A program made the translations under genes and the position numbers. Below, piece after piece: positions 25,501 through 26,147 of a DNA stretch of 26,147 nucleotides. Position 1 is the stretch's first letter; every line of letters starts with the position of its first letter. The notes under the pieces were generated by a model that worked only from the letters and a program-made list of their open reading frames with translations, was not told the origin of the DNA and did no database searches. Source of the stretch: a virus (lineage: Duplodnaviria; Caudoviricetes); IMG/VR virus record IMGVR_UViG_3300044267_005212, positions 1 through 26,147 of that record, one strand, 5' to 3'.

Positions 25501-26147
25501 AGCTACAGCATTGCTGGCAGTTCCATTTTGCAGAGCTTCAGCACCAATAGCTGTACTGTAATTTGCAGTAGTAGCTGTCTTAAAAGCATTAACACCTATC
25601 GCTGTATTGCGTTGACCTGTAGTAATAGCATATCCCGCCCATTTACCAAATACTGAATTTTGTAAGCCTGTCGTATTCGCTGCTAAAGATAAGTAACCAA
25701 CAGCAGTATTATCATTACCTGTCGTAATTGAATCACCAGAGTTACCACCTACAACTACGTTAGCTTCTGCTGTAGTAGCGACTTTAAAAGCATCTCTACC
25801 AATAGCTGTATTATGACTTCCAGTAGTTACAGCTTCAGCAACTTTTGCTCCTATAAAGGTGTTATTAGTACCAGTCGTAACGCTTTTACCAGCCTCGCAT
25901 CCAAAGAAAGTATTTTCATCTTCACCACTAGCTAAAGCATTACCTGCCTGATAACCTGCGGCTGTAGTGCATCCAGTATTAGAAAGAGATCCACTAGCAT
26001 AAAAATTGACATATTTTTCACCTGTACCAGCGGCAGCAACAGCTTCCCAACCTGCATCACCGTTTGCATCAACAGTTAAAACGTAGTCGTTTGTAGCTGT
26101 ACTATCTTTAATACTAAAGTTAAGTCCTGGAATTCTAAACTTAGTCC
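22579..26147 (-). CDS. Very long beta-roll repeat tail fibre, 5'-truncated (at least 1188 aa; track shows only 820 aa from an internal Met)
   Basis: Read manually, the frame is stop-free from 26145 to 25042 with the same NxAxG repeats; C-terminus RKITASTNSPSGGADGDLWVVYS; no S74 domain. Confidence 0.9.
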   Translation of the reverse strand, partial: TKFRIPGLNFSIKDSTATNDYVLTVDANGDAGWEAVAAAGTGEKYVNFYASGSLSNTGCTTAAGYQAGNALASGEDENTFFGCEAGKSVTTGTNNTFIGAKVAEAVTTGSHNTAIGRDAFKVATTAEANVVVGGNSGDSITTGNDNTAVGYLSLAANTTGLQNSVFGKWAGYAITTGQRNTAIGVNAFKTATTANYSTAIGAEALQNGTASNAVAVGFEALKNATNGDNVAVGYGAGKANTSGNGNTFVGSLCGNTVTTSGDNSAFGADAFRNGTGTNNTAVGHSALKACTGTYNVAIGKGTAQSLTSGGYSVFLGKDAGGGATVTGNYNIGIGNHACYSLTSGNNNNSIGADSLLSITTGSNNSGLGMDALRAVTTGSNNIGLGKDAGRNITTSSDNIALGYHALYNVVDGGENIAIGKEALFGLPTGNENQGNVAIGSEALTSQTTNDFRYFVAIGHRAMKDYNYAAANSGSTAVGAFAMQNVTTGDRNVAFGKNSLNDCTTGSYNAVFGTYTGQEITTGSHNTLLGMYAGRYITTGGSNVTIGSDAGDNITTGTGNIVIGRSADASAANVNYEVTIGSANITKFRIPGINFVIKDTTATDNYVLTVDANGEAGWEAAAGGGPGTGEQYVHLETTNSPSNTGVNTFAGYNAGNAFTTADHTTLFGYQAGSSITGAGNNSFFGSNAGKDTTGVDNSGFGQAALESNTTGTNNVGIGRKALQNNTTGADNIAIGHEALKSGTTNTQTIAIGSQVFAQGADSYNVAIGYYACRWQTGDSNVAIGHSALHYGSNCDDNVAIGYYAMNGNNSTPCSGDKNVAVGYESLKAYDTTSNSTAVGYQALKSCTVGQHNTAIGYLAGDALTTALDCTFLGRDAGGGVTTGNYNIAIGNESMMGAVTGAHNVAVGRDGLRAITSGAYNIALGNDTNRVNTTGNNNISIGHEALYNNTTNDNVAVGYRALKATTSGTGNVATGHRALEDNTTGAQNVITGFNGAYNITTGSNNTGTGGWVMHSLTTGNYNTCMGYAAGGNLSTGSDNTCIGYNSGKWLATGSYNTGVGMYSLHNATGNNNVAIGYEAANDLTSGTNNTVIGYHSANSGTNDLTTGSNNLIIGYEAAASSATVSNEITLGNTAITKLRVPGLNSFEINDSGQFSGVASTASGTAGVRKITASTNSPSGGADGDLWVVYS

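Noticed and set aside
15318-26147. Diversity-generating retroelement or shufflon acting on tail fibres
   Set aside because: No reverse transcriptase or invertase in the window; the repeats are co-oriented and coding, and their differences are not adenine-specific.

Overview
AT-rich fragment of a tailed dsDNA phage genome, most likely a marine cyanophage with a Prochlorococcus/Synechococcus host (inferred from recalled cyanophage-type small genes and low GC; no search run). Layout: (1) 1-11.5 kb, mostly + strand: early/replication region with a Gp157-like protein, a SAM methyltransferase and HNH on the - strand, a PD-(D/E)XK exonuclease, a Prim-Pol/PriCT-2/D5-type SF3 primase-helicase, a GT4 glycosyltransferase, a ManC-type cupin and two HNH-derived genes. 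(2) 11.5-15.3 kb: a cluster of membrane and Sec-exported proteins of unknown function. (3) 15.3-26.1 kb, - strand: two very long beta-roll tail fibres (one with an S74 chaperone, one running off the window), a beta-helix/CBM receptor-binding protein and small adaptor/chaperone genes. No tRNA, rRNA, CRISPR, integrase or RT was seen. Best leads: a perfect 6+6 bp H-type RNA pseudoknot in the Gp157-like leader; a candidate phage-encoded envelope/secretion module whose third gene appears to start at AUA through an ATAA stop-start overlap; a Cys-less CP12-like peptide missed by the ORF track; a catalytically altered His-Me protein beside ATTACAT-containing inverted repeats; and a modular fibre-adaptor-RBP architecture with near-identical DNA junctions.
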